This document shows positions 28,686-40,659 of a stretch of DNA of 64,000 bases, piece by piece. The position numbers were made by a program, and so were the translations under genes. The stretch is from assembly GCA_046290575.1 (NCBI GenBank), contig JBKAGX010000012.1, positions 396 to 64,395 of the forward strand. The letters are read 5' to 3'. The notes under the pieces are model-generated. The model searched no databases and was not told where the DNA came from. It worked only from the letters and a program-made list of their open reading frames with translations. The stretch comes from Alphaproteobacteria bacterium (lineage in GTDB: Bacteria; Pseudomonadota; Alphaproteobacteria; SMXS01). The first letter of the stretch is position 1. Each line of letters starts with the position of its first letter.

Positions 28686-30128
28686 CTACTGCCTGAAGCG
28701 GTCTGTCATCACCCGCCCGCGCCGGCGGATCGAGACGTCCATGGTGCCGCTATAGGTCGCCCAATAGGCATCCAGCATCGCCACTGACTCAATCGGCTCA
28801 CCGTTGATCTCAACAAAGATGTCGCCCGGGCGGAACCCGGACCGAGCCGCACCGCCGCGCCGGTTGACCGCGAGAATGATCACGCCCGTCTCCATGGGGT
28901 CAAGGCGCAACTCATCAGCCAGCGCAGGCGAGAGATTGGCGACCGTCGCGCCATCGAAAATATGGTCGCCGATCAGCTCGGTTTCGTTGCGTGGCGGATC
29001 CTCTGGCGCGGGTTCAATGACGATGCGGATGGTCTCCATCTCACCGTCGCGCAGCACCCGCAATTCCGCCTTCGACCCGATTTCCTGGGTGGCAAGACGT
29101 GATGCCAGACTTTGCGGATCAGCGACCGGGTTGCCTTCAATCTCCAGGACGACGTCGCCAACCTCCAGGCCTGCATCATCCGCAGGACCGCCTTCGTAGA
29201 TTGAATTCACCAGGGCGCCAATGGGCCGATCAAGCCCCAGCGATTCCGCCAGCGCACTCGTTACCGGCTGCCCTGAGGCACCGAGCCAGGCCCGCACCAC
29301 CTTGCCTTCGGTGATCGCATCGCTGACCACCCGTGAGACCATATTGGCCGGGATCGCAAAGCCAACGCCATGCGAGCCACCCGACCGCGAGAGGATAACC
29401 GTGTTGATGCCGTAGAGTGTGCCGTCTATCCCCACCAGCGCGCCACCCGAGTTACCCGGATTGATCGCCGCATCGGTTTGAATGAAGAACTCATAGTCAC
29501 TGATGCCCACCTGGGTGCGGGCTACGGCGGAAACGATCCCGCTGGTGACCGTTTGGCCGATCCCGAACGGATTACCAATAGCAAACACCAGATCCCCCAC
29601 CTCGACATCATCGGAATCCTGAAAGGTCAGATGCGGCAAGTCCTCGCCATTTGTGTCGATGCGCAACACGGCAAGATCGGTCCGTTCATCCGCCACGATA
29701 ACCTCTGCGACGAACTCGCGACGGTCCGCGAGGACAACGACGATTTCATCGGCGCCGGCCACCACATGATTGTTGGTGACGACCACGCCCCCTTCGCCAA
29801 CCAGAACGCCGGATCCCAGCGAGTGGTTTTGCTTGCGCTCCTGCGGCTCATCATCACCCCTGCCGAACCGGTCACCGAAGAACTGACGAAAGAAGGGGTC
29901 ATTGAACATCAACGACCGGCTTCGCTGGACCATACGCGTTGTATAGATATTGACGACGGCCGGGGCGACCTCACGGATCAGGGGCGCATAGGAATACTGC
30001 ACCGCCTCGCGGCTGGGCGGGATGATTTTCTCTTCCCGCTCCGCCTTGGACGTTCCACCCAATACGGAACCAAACGCAACCACCCCCAAAAGCCATAATC
30101 CGCCCCATAGGGCCAGCCGTTTCGTCAT
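28686..30128 (-). CDS. DegP/DegQ (HtrA) periplasmic serine endoprotease
   Basis: Start at ATG 30128 (MTKRLALWGGLWLLGVVAF signal). Catalytic GNSGGAL and two PDZ-like C-terminal regions. Confidence 0.9.
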   Translation of the reverse strand: MTKRLALWGGLWLLGVVAFGSVLGGTSKAEREEKIIPPSREAVQYSYAPLIREVAPAVVNIYTTRMVQRSRSLMFNDPFFRQFFGDRFGRGDDEPQERKQNHSLGSGVLVGEGGVVVTNNHVVAGADEIVVVLADRREFVAEVIVADERTDLAVLRIDTNGEDLPHLTFQDSDDVEVGDLVFAIGNPFGIGQTVTSGIVSAVARTQVGISDYEFFIQTDAAINPGNSGGALVGIDGTLYGINTVILSRSGGSHGVGFAIPANMVSRVVSDAITEGKVVRAWLGASGQPVTSALAESLGLDRPIGALVNSIYEGGPADDAGLEVGDVVLEIEGNPVADPQSLASRLATQEIGSKAELRVLRDGEMETIRIVIEPAPEDPPRNETELIGDHIFDGATVANLSPALADELRLDPMETGVIILAVNRRGGAARSGFRPGDIFVEINGEPIESVAMLDAYWATYSGTMDVSIRRRGRVMTDRFRQ

Positions 30129-30237
30129 CGATCTTAATCCCGTGTGGTTATGGTCAGCACTATGTAGGGAGCGAGGACTGAAAACGCAAAGGGCAGCCAC
30201 CAGGGCTGCCCTTCAAATACCGTGTCTGGAGCGACTG

Positions 30238-30723
30238 TTAGGCAGCGAATGCCTGTTCTTCATCGTCCTCGAACTCTTCAACGGGTCCCGAATCCTGGCC
30301 CTTGGCGTCAATGTCGCGATCAACGAACTCGATGACCGCCATCGGCGCGGAATCGCCATAGCGGAAGCCCGCCTTCAGGATGCGAATGTACCCGCCGGAC
30401 CGCTCAGCGTAGCGCTCGGCCAGCGTCCCGAAGAGCTTATCAACAACAATCTTGCCCTGATGGACGGGATTATCATGCCCATCCAAAGGCGTGGCGCCCC
30501 GCTTGCCGACCGGTAGCCGCGACGCAGCAACCCGACGCGCATGAATGTCGCCGCGCTTGCCCAGCGTGATCAGCTTTTCCACATAGGGGCGCAGTTCCTT
30601 CGCCTTGGGCACCGTCGTTTTGATCTGCTCATGCTTGATCAGCGCCGCAGCCATGTTCTGCAGCATCGCCTTACGGTGCGAAGAATCGCGATTTAGTTTT
30701 CGTCCTGACATGCGATGGCGCAT
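30238..30723 (-). CDS. rplQ: 50S ribosomal protein L17
   Basis: [20 protein letters not shown]...[25 protein letters not shown]. At 161 aa it is longer than usual (see findings). Confidence 0.96.
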   Translation of the reverse strand: MRHRMSGRKLNRDSSHRKAMLQNMAAALIKHEQIKTTVPKAKELRPYVEKLITLGKRGDIHARRVAASRLPVGKRGATPLDGHDNPVHQGKIVVDKLFGTLAERYAERSGGYIRILKAGFRYGDSAPMAVIEFVDRDIDAKGQDSGPVEEFEDDEEQAFAA

Positions 30724-30771
30724 CGGGCGTACTCCGTCTCGTGGGCTTAGGGTTCAGACCCTAGGGCCGGA

Positions 30772-31788
30772 TCAGTATTCAACTTCCAGTTTCTTCGCCA
30801 ACTCTTCGATGTTCTCAGGCGGCCACTCGGGCACATCCATGCCCAGCTTGAGCCCCATCGCGGTCAGCACTTCCTTGATTTCGTTCAGCGACTTGCGGCC
30901 AAAGTTCGGCGTCCGCAGCATCTCTGCTTCCGTCTTCTGGATCAAGTCGCCGATATAGACGATGTTGTCGTTCTTCAGGCAGTTGGCCGAACGGACAGAC
31001 AGCTCCAACTCGTCGACCTTGCGAAGCAGGTTGCGGTTGAACTCCGGCTCGGCCTCTTCCTCGCGGTGGACCGGCTGGGTCGGCTCTTCAAAGTTGATGA
31101 AGAGCTGCAACTGATCCTGAAGAATACGCGCAGCAAACGCCACGGCATCATCAGGCGTGATCGAGCCATCTGTTTCGATGTCCATCGTCAGCTTGTCATA
31201 GTCGAGAACCTGTCCCTCGCGGGTGTTCTCCACCTTGTACGCAACGCTGGTTACCGGGCCGTAAAGTGCATCAATCGGAATAAGACCAATGGGGGCGTCG
31301 TCAGGGCGGTTGCGGTCGGCAGGCACATATCCCTTGCCGTTATGAACCGTCATCTCCAGCGAGATTTCTGCTCCGTCATCCAGCGTGCAGATCGCAAGCT
31401 CCGGGTTCAACACGTCGATATCGGCATGTTCGCCAATATCGGCGGCTGTGACCTGGCCTGGACCGGTCTTTTTCAGCGTCAGGCGCTTGGGGCCTTCCGC
31501 GTGCATCTTCAGCGCCAGCGACTTGATGTTCAAAACGATATCCGTGACATCTTCACGGACCCCAGGAATCGACGAGAACTCGTGCAGCACGCCATCAATC
31601 TGAATGGCCGTAACAGCCGTTCCCTGAAGCGAAGACAGCAGGACACGACGAAGGCTGTTACCCAGAGTCATGCCATAACCGCGCTCCAGCGGTTCGGCGA
31701 CGATGGAAGCCTGGGTCTTGTCGTCAATACCCGGCTTCACCTCGATCTTGTTCGGACGAATAAGTTCTTGCCAGTTTTTTTGTATCAC
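30772..31788 (-). CDS. rpoA: DNA-directed RNA polymerase subunit alpha
   Basis: 338 aa: [14 protein letters not shown]...[19 protein letters not shown]. Confidence 0.98.
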   Translation of the reverse strand: MIQKNWQELIRPNKIEVKPGIDDKTQASIVAEPLERGYGMTLGNSLRRVLLSSLQGTAVTAIQIDGVLHEFSSIPGVREDVTDIVLNIKSLALKMHAEGPKRLTLKKTGPGQVTAADIGEHADIDVLNPELAICTLDDGAEISLEMTVHNGKGYVPADRNRPDDAPIGLIPIDALYGPVTSVAYKVENTREGQVLDYDKLTMDIETDGSITPDDAVAFAARILQDQLQLFINFEEPTQPVHREEEAEPEFNRNLLRKVDELELSVRSANCLKNDNIVYIGDLIQKTEAEMLRTPNFGRKSLNEIKEVLTAMGLKLGMDVPEWPPENIEELAKKLEVEY

Positions 31789-31876
31789 GGTGTGACCCCT
31801 TGATCAGGTCGTGCCAACGCGCACACGCGGCACCTGCCCGCTTCACCCGAAGCGGATATGAATAATTCTTGCGCCG

Positions 31877-32266
31877 TTAAACGCGACGACGCTTTGGCGG
31901 CCGGCAGCCATTGTGCGGAATCGGCGTCACGTCACGGATGGTCGTGATCGTAAAACCGACAGACTGCAGCGCCCGCAGAGCGGATTCTCGGCCTGAGCCG
32001 GGACCCCGCACCTCGACTTCCAGCGTTTTCATGCCGTGTTCCTGAGCCTTGCGGCCAGCATCTTCAGCCGCCAACTGGGCTGCATATGGCGTCGACTTAC
32101 GCGACCCCTTAAAGCCCTGCGACCCGGCCGACGACCAGGAAATAGCGTTACCCTGATGATCGGTAATCGTGATCATCGTGTTATTGAACGTCGCATTCAC
32201 ATGCGCGACGCCCGAGGTAATATTTTTTCGTTCGCGGCGCTTAACGCGCCCGCCTTCAGGTGGCAT
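31877..32266 (-). CDS. rpsK: 30S ribosomal protein S11
   Basis: 129 aa: [20 protein letters not shown]...WSSAG. Confidence 0.98.
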   Translation of the reverse strand: MPPEGGRVKRRERKNITSGVAHVNATFNNTMITITDHQGNAISWSSAGSQGFKGSRKSTPYAAQLAAEDAGRKAQEHGMKTLEVEVRGPGSGRESALRALQSVGFTITTIRDVTPIPHNGCRPPKRRRV

Positions 32267-32278
32267 GAGCCCCTCCGA

Positions 32279-32647
32279 TTACTTCTTTTTGCCCGCGATG
32301 GGCTTGGCCTTACCCTTACGGGTCCGGGCATTTGTACTGGTCCGTTGGCCGCGCACCGGCAGGCCGCGACGATGCCGCAAACCCCTGTAACAGCCCAGAT
32401 CCATCAAACGCTTGATATTCATGGCAACATCGCGGCGAAGGTCGCCCTCGACCAGGAAATCGCTGTCGATGGTCTCACGGATTTGAATGACCTCAGAATC
32501 GGTCAGTTCGTTGACCCGGCGCTCGGCAGGAATGCTCAAGCGATCACAGATCCCCTTTGCACTCGTCCGGCCAATGCCGTGAATGTAGGTCAACGCAATT
32601 TCGACCCGCTTATTGGTCGGTATGTTAACGCCAGCAATACGCGCCAC
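32279..32647 (-). CDS. rpsM: 30S ribosomal protein S13
   Basis: 122 aa with a GTG start: [25 protein letters not shown]. Confidence 0.98.
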   Translation of the reverse strand: MARIAGVNIPTNKRVEIALTYIHGIGRTSAKGICDRLSIPAERRVNELTDSEVIQIRETIDSDFLVEGDLRRDVAMNIKRLMDLGCYRGLRHRRGLPVRGQRTSTNARTRKGKAKPIAGKKK

Positions 32648-32705
32648 GCTTTGTTCTCCTTACGCGTGCTAATCCCGAGTTTCGACCTGATTCGCGAAAC
32701 GCGGG

Positions 32706-32733
32706 ATTATAGAAACAACAATCGTCCAGTCAA
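32706..32733 (-). promoter_or_regulatory. candidate sigma-70 promoter upstream of rpsM (TTGACT-16 nt-TATAAT)
   Basis: On the minus strand, TTGACT at 32733-32728 and TATAAT at 32711-32706 with a 16-nt spacer, in the adk-rpsM intergenic region. Confidence 0.5.
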
Positions 32734-32751
32734 CCACGGTGCAGCGCCTGT

Positions 32752-33399
32752 TCAGGCCGCCAACGCCCGTTCAATCTGTTCTGCAACTTCGTCCATCTTG
32801 GCCATACCATCGACCTGAGACAGAACACCGCGCCCTTTGTAATAGGGCAACAGCGGCTCCGTCTCGCGGTGATAGGTCTTCAGCCGGGATCGGACAGTTT
32901 CTTCATTATCGTCGGCACGCCGAACCAGATTAGCAGAGCCACAGCCGTCGCAGGCGCCCTCCGTCTTGCTCGGCTTGTAACTGTCGTGGAAACCTTCACC
33001 ACAGTCGCCGCAGGAATAGCGCCCGGTGATCCGCTCCACCAGCGCATCATCGTTGACCTTCATCTCGATAACGTGGTCCAGCTTGAGACCCTTTTCCTGC
33101 AGCATCGCATCAAGCGCTTCGGCCTGGCCGGTATTACGCGGGAAGCCATCCAGGATGAAGCCGCCTGCGCAATCATCCTGAGCGATCCGGTCGGAGATGA
33201 TACCGACGACCACCTCGTTCGGCACCAGTTCACCGCGCTTCATGATTTCGTCGGCGATTTTGCCAACATCGGTGCCGGCCTTGACTGCTTCACGCAGCAT
33301 ATCGCCGGTCGAAAGCTGAACAAAGCCGTGCTTGTCCTGCAGCATCTTCGCCTGCGTGCCTTTACCGGCACCGGGCGGCCCCAGAAGAATAATGTTCAT
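32752..33399 (-). CDS. adk: adenylate kinase (Cys4 lid form)
   Basis: MNIILLGPPGAGKGTQA, with lid CGDCG....CDGCG. Confidence 0.97.
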   Translation of the reverse strand: MNIILLGPPGAGKGTQAKMLQDKHGFVQLSTGDMLREAVKAGTDVGKIADEIMKRGELVPNEVVVGIISDRIAQDDCAGGFILDGFPRNTGQAEALDAMLQEKGLKLDHVIEMKVNDDALVERITGRYSCGDCGEGFHDSYKPSKTEGACDGCGSANLVRRADDNEETVRSRLKTYHRETEPLLPYYKGRGVLSQVDGMAKMDEVAEQIERALAA

Positions 33400-34724
33400 C
33401 GACGGCCCTTACCCAGACGCGACTTCTTGATAAGCCCTTCATATTGATGCGCCAACAGGTGGCTATGGACCTGCGTAATTGTATCCAACGTCACGTTCAC
33501 AACAATCAGCAGTGACGTGCCGCCGAGATAGAACGGAACCGCGGCCTGGGCGATCAGCAGTTCCGGCACGAGGCAGACACCGGCCAGATAGATCGCGCCG
33601 ACGGCGGTAATCCGCGTCAGTACATAATCGATATATTCCGCAGTGCGGTCGCCTGGCCGAATACCCGGCAGGAAGCCGCCATGCTTCTTGAGATTATCGG
33701 CTGTGTCCTGTGGATTGAACACGATTGCCGTATAGAAGAAGCAGAAGAAGACGATCGCGCTGAGATAAAGCACCAGATAGAGCGGCTGGCCATGTCCCAG
33801 CGCCGACGTGACCGTGGTCGCGATATCGCCTCCACCCCCCATCAGCGGGACAATCGTCGCCGGCAACAGCAGCAAGGATGACGCGAAAATTGGCGGGATA
33901 ACACCAGCCGTGTTCAATTTCAGCGGAAGATGCGAACTGTCGCCCTGGAACATCCGGTTGCCGACTTGCCGTTTCGGATACTGAACAACCAGCCGGCGCT
34001 GTGCGCGCTCGAAAAACACGATGATGACGATCAACGCGGTCGCCAGCACCAGCAGAAGCAGCACGAACCAGCCCTGAATGACGCCCTGCTCCCAGCTCAG
34101 CGTAAACAGCTGCGCCAGTGCGCTGGGCAACTCGGCGACGATGCCCGCAAAAATTATCAGCGAAATGCCGTTGCCGACCCCGCGCGCTGTGATCTGCTCA
34201 CCCAACCACATCAGGAACATGGTGGCGCCCACCAGGGTGATGACCGTGGTGGCCAGGAAGAATGGCCCCGGGTCAATCACAACCCCTTGGTCTGAAAGCA
34301 GAACCGCGACACCATATCCCTGAACGGTCGTCAGCAGGACGGTGCCGTAGCGGGTATATTGGTTGATCTTTTTGCGGCCGGACTCGCCCTCTTTTTTCAG
34401 TTGGGCCAGCGTCGGCGAGACACTGGTCATGAGCTGCACGATAATCGACGCCGAAATGTAGGGCATGATACCGAGCGCAAAGATCGCCATCCGCTCAATC
34501 GAGCCACCCGCGAACATGTTGAACATGCCCAGCAGGCCGCCCGCTTGTTGCGAAAACAGATCGGCCATGGCGATAGGGTCGATGCCCGGCAACGGGATAA
34601 AGGTCCCCAGCCGGTAAACGACAAGCGCACCAAGTGTGAACCAGATGCGCTGTTTCAGTTCCGTCGCCTTGGAGAAGGCGCTTAGATTAAAGCTTTGTGC
34701 GAGTTGTTCCGCAGCAGAGGCCAT
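33396..34724 (-). CDS. secY: preprotein translocase subunit SecY
   Basis: 442 aa and polytopic. Lies between rplO and adk. Confidence 0.97.
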   Translation of the reverse strand: MASAAEQLAQSFNLSAFSKATELKQRIWFTLGALVVYRLGTFIPLPGIDPIAMADLFSQQAGGLLGMFNMFAGGSIERMAIFALGIMPYISASIIVQLMTSVSPTLAQLKKEGESGRKKINQYTRYGTVLLTTVQGYGVAVLLSDQGVVIDPGPFFLATTVITLVGATMFLMWLGEQITARGVGNGISLIIFAGIVAELPSALAQLFTLSWEQGVIQGWFVLLLLVLATALIVIIVFFERAQRRLVVQYPKRQVGNRMFQGDSSHLPLKLNTAGVIPPIFASSLLLLPATIVPLMGGGGDIATTVTSALGHGQPLYLVLYLSAIVFFCFFYTAIVFNPQDTADNLKKHGGFLPGIRPGDRTAEYIDYVLTRITAVGAIYLAGVCLVPELLIAQAAVPFYLGGTSLLIVVNVTLDTITQVHSHLLAHQYEGLIKKSRLGKGRR

Positions 34725-34758
34725 ATGGTCCTATCCGTTTCCTGCGCCCGCCGAGTGC

Positions 34759-35256
34759 TTATTCGGCGTTGTTTGGCTCGGCGCTTTCAGGCACCGTCTG
34801 CACTTTAGCGATGTGGACCTTGCCGCCCGCCTTTTCAACCGCTTCTATTGCGGCCTTCGACGCTCCGGTAATGGTCAGTTCGACGGAAGCCGTCAACTCA
34901 CCATTTCCCAGCAGCCGGACGCCGTCCCGCAAGCGGGTGACAACACCCGATGCGACAAGCGCTGTTTCGTCGATAGCACCAGCCTCCAGCTTGCCTGCGT
35001 CAATCGCAGTCTGCAGCCGGCCCAGATTAACCGTCGCATAACGCTTTTTGTTCGGGTTGGTGAACCCACGCTTGGGCAACCGCATATAGATCGGCATCTG
35101 GCCGCCTTCATAGCCATGAATGGCGACGCCGGAGCGCGACTTCTGCCCCTTCATACCGCGCCCAGCAGTCTTACCCTTACCGGACCCGATACCGCGGCCA
35201 ACGCGCTTGCGGTCCTTGGTCGCGCCTTCTTTTTCTCGCAACTCATTCAGTCGCAT
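34759..35256 (-). CDS. rplO: 50S ribosomal protein L15
   Basis: [30 protein letters not shown]. Confidence 0.97.
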   Translation of the reverse strand: MRLNELREKEGATKDRKRVGRGIGSGKGKTAGRGMKGQKSRSGVAIHGYEGGQMPIYMRLPKRGFTNPNKKRYATVNLGRLQTAIDAGKLEAGAIDETALVASGVVTRLRDGVRLLGNGELTASVELTITGASKAAIEAVEKAGGKVHIAKVQTVPESAEPNNAE

Positions 35257-35285
35257 GGTCTTAATCCTTGTCTGGATGGCGCCGC

Positions 35286-35480
35286 TTAGGCGTCAACCTC
35301 TTCAACCTTTACCATGTGGGCCACTTTGTCGATCATGCCGCGGATCGAAGGCGTATCGTCCAGCACCCGGGAACGATGCATCTTGTTCAGCCCCAAGCCG
35401 ATCAACGTTGCCCGCTGATCCTTGGGACGGCGGATCGGACTGCCGGTCTGCGTGACCTTGATTTTTTTCGCGCCTGCCAT
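35286..35480 (-). CDS. rpmD: 50S ribosomal protein L30
   Basis: 64 aa: [26 protein letters not shown]. Confidence 0.96.
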   Translation of the reverse strand: MAGAKKIKVTQTGSPIRRPKDQRATLIGLGLNKMHRSRVLDDTPSIRGMIDKVAHMVKVEEVDA

Positions 35481-35483
35481 TGC

Positions 35484-36044
35484 TTAGCCCTCAATCAGTT
35501 CGCCGGCCTGCTCAGGACGGCGATTGATGATGTCCCCAACCTTCTTGCCACGCTTACTTGCGATCATGCGGGGCGACATCTGGTTCTTGAGCGCATCAAA
35601 TGTGGCGCGCACCATGTTGTAAGGGTTCGACGTCCCCGTGGACTTGGTCACGACATCCTGCACGCCCAATGCCTCGAAAACGGCACGCATGGGGCCACCA
35701 GCAATGATCCCTGTGCCGGGAGGCGCCGTGCGAATGATCACCTTGCCGGCACCGTGACGCCCGGAGATATCATGATGCAACGTGCGGCCTTCGCGAAGTG
35801 GCACCCGGATCATGTTGTTCTTGGCCGCATCGGTCGCCTTGCGGATCGCCTCGGGCACTTCACGCGCCTTGCCATGACCGAAACCGGCACGGCCTTTCTG
35901 ATCGCCGACGATGACCATCGCCGCAAAGCCGAAGCGCCGGCCACCCTTGACCACCTTGGCAACACGGTTGATGTGAACCAGACGATCGATCAGATCGCCT
36001 TCCTTGTCCCGATCGCCGCCGCGGTCTTTCCTGTCTCGTGCCAT
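35484..36044 (-). CDS. rpsE: 30S ribosomal protein S5
   Basis: 186 aa: [31 protein letters not shown]. Confidence 0.98.
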   Translation of the reverse strand: MARDRKDRGGDRDKEGDLIDRLVHINRVAKVVKGGRRFGFAAMVIVGDQKGRAGFGHGKAREVPEAIRKATDAAKNNMIRVPLREGRTLHHDISGRHGAGKVIIRTAPPGTGIIAGGPMRAVFEALGVQDVVTKSTGTSNPYNMVRATFDALKNQMSPRMIASKRGKKVGDIINRRPEQAGELIEG

Positions 36045-36075
36045 ATCGTATTCCTATCGCTTCATTTCAGGCGGC

Positions 36076-36438
36076 TTAGAATGCCAATCCGCCTTCACGC
36101 GCTGCATCGGCCAGCGCTTTGATCCGTCCGTGATAGAGAAACCCACCCCGGTCAAACACCACGCTTTCAACGCCCGCATCCTTGGCGCGTTGGGCAATCA
36201 GCCCGCCAACGGCCGTCGCTGCCTCAACATTCGCGCCGGATTTCAGCTTGCCCTTGACCTCGCCGTCCAGCGACGACGCGGAAGCCAGGGTTTTGCCCGA
36301 CACATCGTCAATGACCTGAGCATAGATGTGCTGGCCCGTGCGGTGCACCGAAAGGCGCAAACGCCCATTAGCCGCTCGGCGCAGCGCATTACGCACCCGC
36401 TGACGACGCCGATTGAAAAGTTTTTTTCTTTTGTCCAT
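36076..36438 (-). CDS. rplR: 50S ribosomal protein L18
   Basis: 120 aa: [18 protein letters not shown]...[24 protein letters not shown]. Confidence 0.98.
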   Translation of the reverse strand: MDKRKKLFNRRRQRVRNALRRAANGRLRLSVHRTGQHIYAQVIDDVSGKTLASASSLDGEVKGKLKSGANVEAATAVGGLIAQRAKDAGVESVVFDRGGFLYHGRIKALADAAREGGLAF

Positions 36439-36477
36439 CGCTCTAATCCACTCAGGCCAATTGGCTCAGGAGTCTTG

Positions 36478-37011
36478 TTACTTCTTCTTACCTTCCTTGC
36501 GGAAGATGTACTCACCTGCATAGCGCACACCCTTGCCCTTATAGGGCTCCGGCTTGCGATACGCGCGAATTTCAGAGGCCACCTGGCCTACCTTTTGTTT
36601 GTCCACGCCAGAAATCTCGACTTCCGTCTGGCTCGCGCACTTGATGTCGATGCCTTCGGGGATCGGGTAGACAACGTCGTGGCTGAAACCCAGCTGCAGG
36701 TTCAAATTCTTTCCCTGAACCGACGCACGATAACCGACGCCCTGGATCTCCAGCTTAACGGTGAAGCCTTCATGCACACCGTTCACCAGATTGCTGATCA
36801 ACGTCCGTTGCATGCCCCACATGGACCGTGACCGCTTGGACTTGTCACGCGGCTCAACCGTGATGCTGCCATCTTCCAGCTTCGCGAGCACATCTTCGAC
36901 CAGCGTCATGGCCATCTCGCCCTTGGGGCCCTTTACCGTCAGAGCACGCCCGTCGAGCTTGACATCGACGCCGCTGGGAACGGCCACAGCCTGTTTTCCA
37001 ATTCGAGACAT
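36478..37011 (-). CDS. rplF: 50S ribosomal protein L6
   Basis: 177 aa: [32 protein letters not shown]. Confidence 0.98.
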   Translation of the reverse strand: MSRIGKQAVAVPSGVDVKLDGRALTVKGPKGEMAMTLVEDVLAKLEDGSITVEPRDKSKRSRSMWGMQRTLISNLVNGVHEGFTVKLEIQGVGYRASVQGKNLNLQLGFSHDVVYPIPEGIDIKCASQTEVEISGVDKQKVGQVASEIRAYRKPEPYKGKGVRYAGEYIFRKEGKKK

Positions 37012-37032
37012 AGTCCTGCTTCCTTATCGGCC

Positions 37033-37431
37033 CTAGAGCACAGTACAGAGCACTTCACCGCCCACATTGGCGGCGCGCGCTTCATTGTCCGACATCACAC
37101 CCTTGGGGGTGGAGATGATGGAAATACCCAGACCATTGGCCACCCGCGGCAGATCACCCACCGACGAATAAACCCGGCGACCTGGACGAGACACACGTGC
37201 GAGGGTGTGAATAACGGGTTCGCCTTCGTGATACTTCAACTGCACCTCAAGCGCGGCTTTGCCGCCATCAAAGTCCTGTCGTGCCCAATCGCGGATATAC
37301 CCTTCCGACTTCAGCACATCGAGAACCCGGGCGCGCAGCTTCGAGGCTGGCACATGAACAGACGATTTCCGCCGCATCTGCGCGTTGCGGATGCGTGTCA
37401 GCATATCGCCAATAGGGTCGGTCATTGACAT
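37033..37431 (-). CDS. rpsH: 30S ribosomal protein S8
   Basis: 132 aa: [18 protein letters not shown]. Confidence 0.98.
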   Translation of the reverse strand: MSMTDPIGDMLTRIRNAQMRRKSSVHVPASKLRARVLDVLKSEGYIRDWARQDFDGGKAALEVQLKYHEGEPVIHTLARVSRPGRRVYSSVGDLPRVANGLGISIISTPKGVMSDNEARAANVGGEVLCTVL

Positions 37432-37444
37432 CAGGCCGTCTCCC

Positions 37445-37750
37445 TTACCAGCTCGACTTAACTAAACCGGGGACCTGGCCTTTGGAGCCCAATTCCCGAA
37501 GCGCAATACGCGACATCTTGAACTTGCGATAGAACGCACGGGGGCGCCCGGTCACTTCACAGCGGTTCCGAACCCGGTTCGGAGCCGAATTCCGTGGCAG
37601 TTCTGCAAGCTTTAGACGCGCCCGAAAACGCTCTTCCGGCGACAGCGACGTATCCTTGGCCATGGCCTTCAAGCTGTCGCGCTTGGCCGCATATTGCGCG
37701 ACCATGCGTTCCCGACGTTTGTTCTTAGCAATCGCGCTCTTTTTAGCCAC
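37445..37750 (-). CDS. rpsN: 30S ribosomal protein S14 (long form)
   Basis: 101 aa, ending ...[21 protein letters not shown]. Confidence 0.98.
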   Translation of the reverse strand: MAKKSAIAKNKRRERMVAQYAAKRDSLKAMAKDTSLSPEERFRARLKLAELPRNSAPNRVRNRCEVTGRPRAFYRKFKMSRIALRELGSKGQVPGLVKSSW

Positions 37751-37776
37751 GATTCACTCCTCCTGCGCCCAATGCG

Positions 37777-38334
37777 CTAGTTGCGGAACGGCATCTGAAA
37801 ACCAGCCAGCAAGGCTTTTGCCTGCTCGTCTTCTTGTGCCGTAGTACAAATGATGACGTCCATGCCCCGGATTTCGTCGACCTGATCGTAATTGATCTCA
37901 GGGAATACGATCTGTTCACGAATGCCCAAGGCATAGTTGCCGCGACCGTCAAAGCTACGCGGCGAAACCCCACGGAAGTCACGAACACGCGGCAATGCGA
38001 TCGTGATCAACCGATCCAGAAACTCATACATACGCTTGCCGCGCAGTGTAACCTTACAACCCAGCGGCATACCTTCACGCAGTTTGAACGCCGCGATCGA
38101 TTTCTTGGCATGGGTGATCACCGGCTTCTGCCCGGCAATCGCGGTAAGTTCGTCGACCGCTGTCGTGATCTTCTTGGAATCCTTGGACCCCTCACCGACA
38201 CCCATATTGATAACGATCTTGTCGAGTTTCGGCGCCGCCATACCGTTTGGCAGCTCGAACTGCTCGATCAGCGCGGCGCGCAGCTCGGAATCGTACTGCT
38301 CTTGCAGGCGCGGCTTTGCTTGTGCATCAGCCAT
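37777..38334 (-). CDS. rplE: 50S ribosomal protein L5
   Basis: 185 aa: [13 protein letters not shown]...F...[15 protein letters not shown]. Confidence 0.98.
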   Translation of the reverse strand: MADAQAKPRLQEQYDSELRAALIEQFELPNGMAAPKLDKIVINMGVGEGSKDSKKITTAVDELTAIAGQKPVITHAKKSIAAFKLREGMPLGCKVTLRGKRMYEFLDRLITIALPRVRDFRGVSPRSFDGRGNYALGIREQIVFPEINYDQVDEIRGMDVIICTTAQEDEQAKALLAGFQMPFRN

Positions 38335-38644
38335 CGATCACCTCTCCTGATTTACGGGCAACGCGAACCTTGCGCCCGTCATCGAGAATTTTGAACCCAA
38401 CCCTGGTTGCTTCCCCGGTCTTGGGGTCGACCAACGCCAGATTGGCAAGCGCAATCGGCGCTTCTTTGGTCTTGATGCCACCAGGGTCCATCTGACTGGG
38501 GCGCTGATGGCGCTTCACCATATTGACGCCGCGCACCAGTGCACGGTTCTCCGCCGGGATTACCCCAACGACTTCGCCCTTCTGGCCCTTGTCGCGGCCT
38601 TTGGTCACAACCACCTGGTCGCCCTTGCGGATCTTGGCAGCCAT
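38327..38644 (-). CDS. rplX: 50S ribosomal protein L24
   Basis: 105 aa: [25 protein letters not shown]. Confidence 0.98.
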   Translation of the reverse strand: MAAKIRKGDQVVVTKGRDKGQKGEVVGVIPAENRALVRGVNMVKRHQRPSQMDPGGIKTKEAPIALANLALVDPKTGEATRVGFKILDDGRKVRVARKSGEVIDG

Positions 38645-39013
38645 TTAAAGTACCTCCGGCGCCAGCGAGACGATCTTCATCATCTGCTTGGCACGCAGTT
38701 CACGGGTCACCGGGCCAAAAATACGTGTACCGATCGGCTCACCCTGATTGTTGATCAGAACCGCCGCATTCCGGTCGAACCGGATGCTGGAGCCATCCTG
38801 ACGGCGGATTTCCTTCGCCGTGCGCACGATAACCGCGCGGTGAACGTCACCCTTCTTCACGCGGCCGCGCGGAATCGCTTCCTTGACGCTGACCACGATA
38901 ACGTCGCCGACCGACGCGGTTTTCCGCTTCGAGCCGCCCAGCACCTTGATGCACTGCACCCGCCGCGCGCCCGAATTGTCGGCAACCTCAAGATTCGACT
39001 GCATCTGAATCAT
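38645..39013 (-). CDS. rplN: 50S ribosomal protein L14
   Basis: 122 aa: [28 protein letters not shown]. Confidence 0.99.
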   Translation of the reverse strand: MIQMQSNLEVADNSGARRVQCIKVLGGSKRKTASVGDVIVVSVKEAIPRGRVKKGDVHRAVIVRTAKEIRRQDGSSIRFDRNAAVLINNQGEPIGTRIFGPVTRELRAKQMMKIVSLAPEVL

Positions 39014-39050
39014 GTCGAGTTCCTTTTGGCTTTCGCCCGCATTGACGCGG

Positions 39051-39287
39051 CTAAGCGGTTTCTTCCATTACGCGCCACCGCTTCAACTTTGAAATCGGTG
39101 GACATTCAACGATGCGGACCTTGTCACCCACTGTGCAGCTATTGCCTTCGTCATGCGCATGGTAGCGCTTCGAGCGGCGCATAACCTTGCCGAGCACAGG
39201 GTGCTTCATGCGGCGTTCGACGCGCACAATTGCGGTTTTCTCACCCGCACTGCTAACGACTACGCCCTGTAGAATTCGCTTTGGCAT
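39051..39287 (-). CDS. rpsQ: 30S ribosomal protein S17
   Basis: 78 aa: [27 protein letters not shown]. Confidence 0.97.
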   Translation of the reverse strand: MPKRILQGVVVSSAGEKTAIVRVERRMKHPVLGKVMRRSKRYHAHDEGNSCTVGDKVRIVECPPISKLKRWRVMEETA

Positions 39288-39305
39288 CTTGTTGTGCTCT
39301 CCGCC

Positions 39306-39509
39306 TTAGGCCTGGGCCCCTGAGGCCTCTTTTTCCTGGAGGATCGTGCTTACCCGGGCGATATCCCGGCGCACATTCCGCCGCTGTGTTGTGTTTTCGA
39401 GCTGCCCAGTCGCCTGCTGAACCCGCAGGTTGAACTGCTCGCGCTTAAGCTCTGTCAACTTCTCTCGAAGCTGGTCGAGCGACATATCACGGACTTCCGA
39501 AGCTTTCAT
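39306..39509 (-). CDS. rpmC: 50S ribosomal protein L29
   Basis: Start trimmed to ATG 39509 ([29 protein letters not shown]), 67 aa. The longer track ORF runs into rplP. Confidence 0.95.
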   Translation of the reverse strand: MKASEVRDMSLDQLREKLTELKREQFNLRVQQATGQLENTTQRRNVRRDIARVSTILQEKEASGAQA

Positions 39510-39525
39510 GTCTCTCTCCGTCGCC

Positions 39526-39942
39526 CTATTGCTCGCCTTCACGCATGACCACGCGGGTGCCGACCGGCAACTTCGCTGCGGCACGCTCGAAGGCTTCGCG
39601 TGCGACCGTCGGTGTAACACCGTCGATCTCAAACATGATCCGGCCCGGCTTAACCCGGCAGACCCAGAATTCTGGTGATCCCTTACCTTTACCCATGCGG
39701 ACTTCGGTCGGCTTCTTCGACACCGGTACGTCCGGGAAGATACGGATCCAAACACGGCCCGCACGCTTCATGTGGCGTGTCATGGTCCGGCGGGCAGCCT
39801 CGATCTGACGGGCAGTTACCCGGCCAGGCTGCGTCGCCTTCAGGCCATAAGCCCCAAAGTTGAGCGCGGTGCCCCCCTTGGCTTTTCCGTGAATCCGGCC
39901 TTTATGGGCCTTCCGGAATTTTGTTTTCTTCGGCTGTAACAT
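39526..39942 (-). CDS. rplP: 50S ribosomal protein L16
   Basis: 138 aa: [19 protein letters not shown]. Confidence 0.99.
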   Translation of the reverse strand: MLQPKKTKFRKAHKGRIHGKAKGGTALNFGAYGLKATQPGRVTARQIEAARRTMTRHMKRAGRVWIRIFPDVPVSKKPTEVRMGKGKGSPEFWVCRVKPGRIMFEIDGVTPTVAREAFERAAAKLPVGTRVVMREGEQ

Positions 39943-39954
39943 CGTCAGAAAACC

Positions 39955-40659
39955 CTAGTTCATGGGGCGGCCACCGCCGCCACCACCTTGTTGCGATTCC
40001 ATGGCCCGCTTCTCGGAAGCAAGCGGATCATGTGCCAGGATCTCGCCCTTGAAAACCCAGACCTTGATTCCGCAAATGCCATAAGCGGTCTTAGCTTCCG
40101 CCGTGCCATAGTCGACATCAGCCCGCAGCGTATGAAGCGGCACACGACCTTCGCGGTACCATTCCATCCGTGCAATCTCCGCGCCACCGAGACGGCCACC
40201 GGCGTTGATCCGAATGCCCTGTGCGCCCAACCGCATGGCGGACTGCACAGCGCGCTTCATGGCGCGCCGGAAGGCAACACGGCGCTCGAGCTGCTGCGCG
40301 ATATTTTCGGCGATCAGCTTCGCATCGATTTCCGGCTTGCGGATTTCAACGATGTTCAGGTGCACTTCACTGCCCGTCATCGTCGAAATCTCCTTGCGGA
40401 GTTTGTCGATGTCGGCGCCCTTCTTACCGATAATCAGGCCCGGACGCGCCGAGTGAATGGTCACCCGCGCCTTCTTGGCCGGACGCTCGATGACGATCTT
40501 GGAAATACCCGCCTGCGACAGCTTGTTTTCCAGATACTCCCGGATCTTGATGTCCTCGTGCAGCAGACCGGAGAAATCCTTGTCATTCGCATACCAGCGC
40601 GAATCCCAGGTCCGGTTGATGCCGAGGCGCAAGCCGATCGGATTAACTTTCTGGCCCAT
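39955..40659 (-). CDS. rpsC: 30S ribosomal protein S3
   Basis: 234 aa: [24 protein letters not shown]. Confidence 0.99.
   Translation of the reverse strand: MGQKVNPIGLRLGINRTWDSRWYANDKDFSGLLHEDIKIREYLENKLSQAGISKIVIERPAKKARVTIHSARPGLIIGKKGADIDKLRKEISTMTGSEVHLNIVEIRKPEIDAKLIAENIAQQLERRVAFRRAMKRAVQSAMRLGAQGIRINAGGRLGGAEIARMEWYREGRVPLHTLRADVDYGTAEAKTAYGICGIKVWVFKGEILAHDPLASEKRAMESQQGGGGGGRPMN

Noticed and set aside
32752-33399. The Cys4 lid in adenylate kinase as an unusual feature
   Set aside because: Metal-binding CxxC...CxxC lids are a known Adk variant in many bacteria, so this is not noteworthy by itself.
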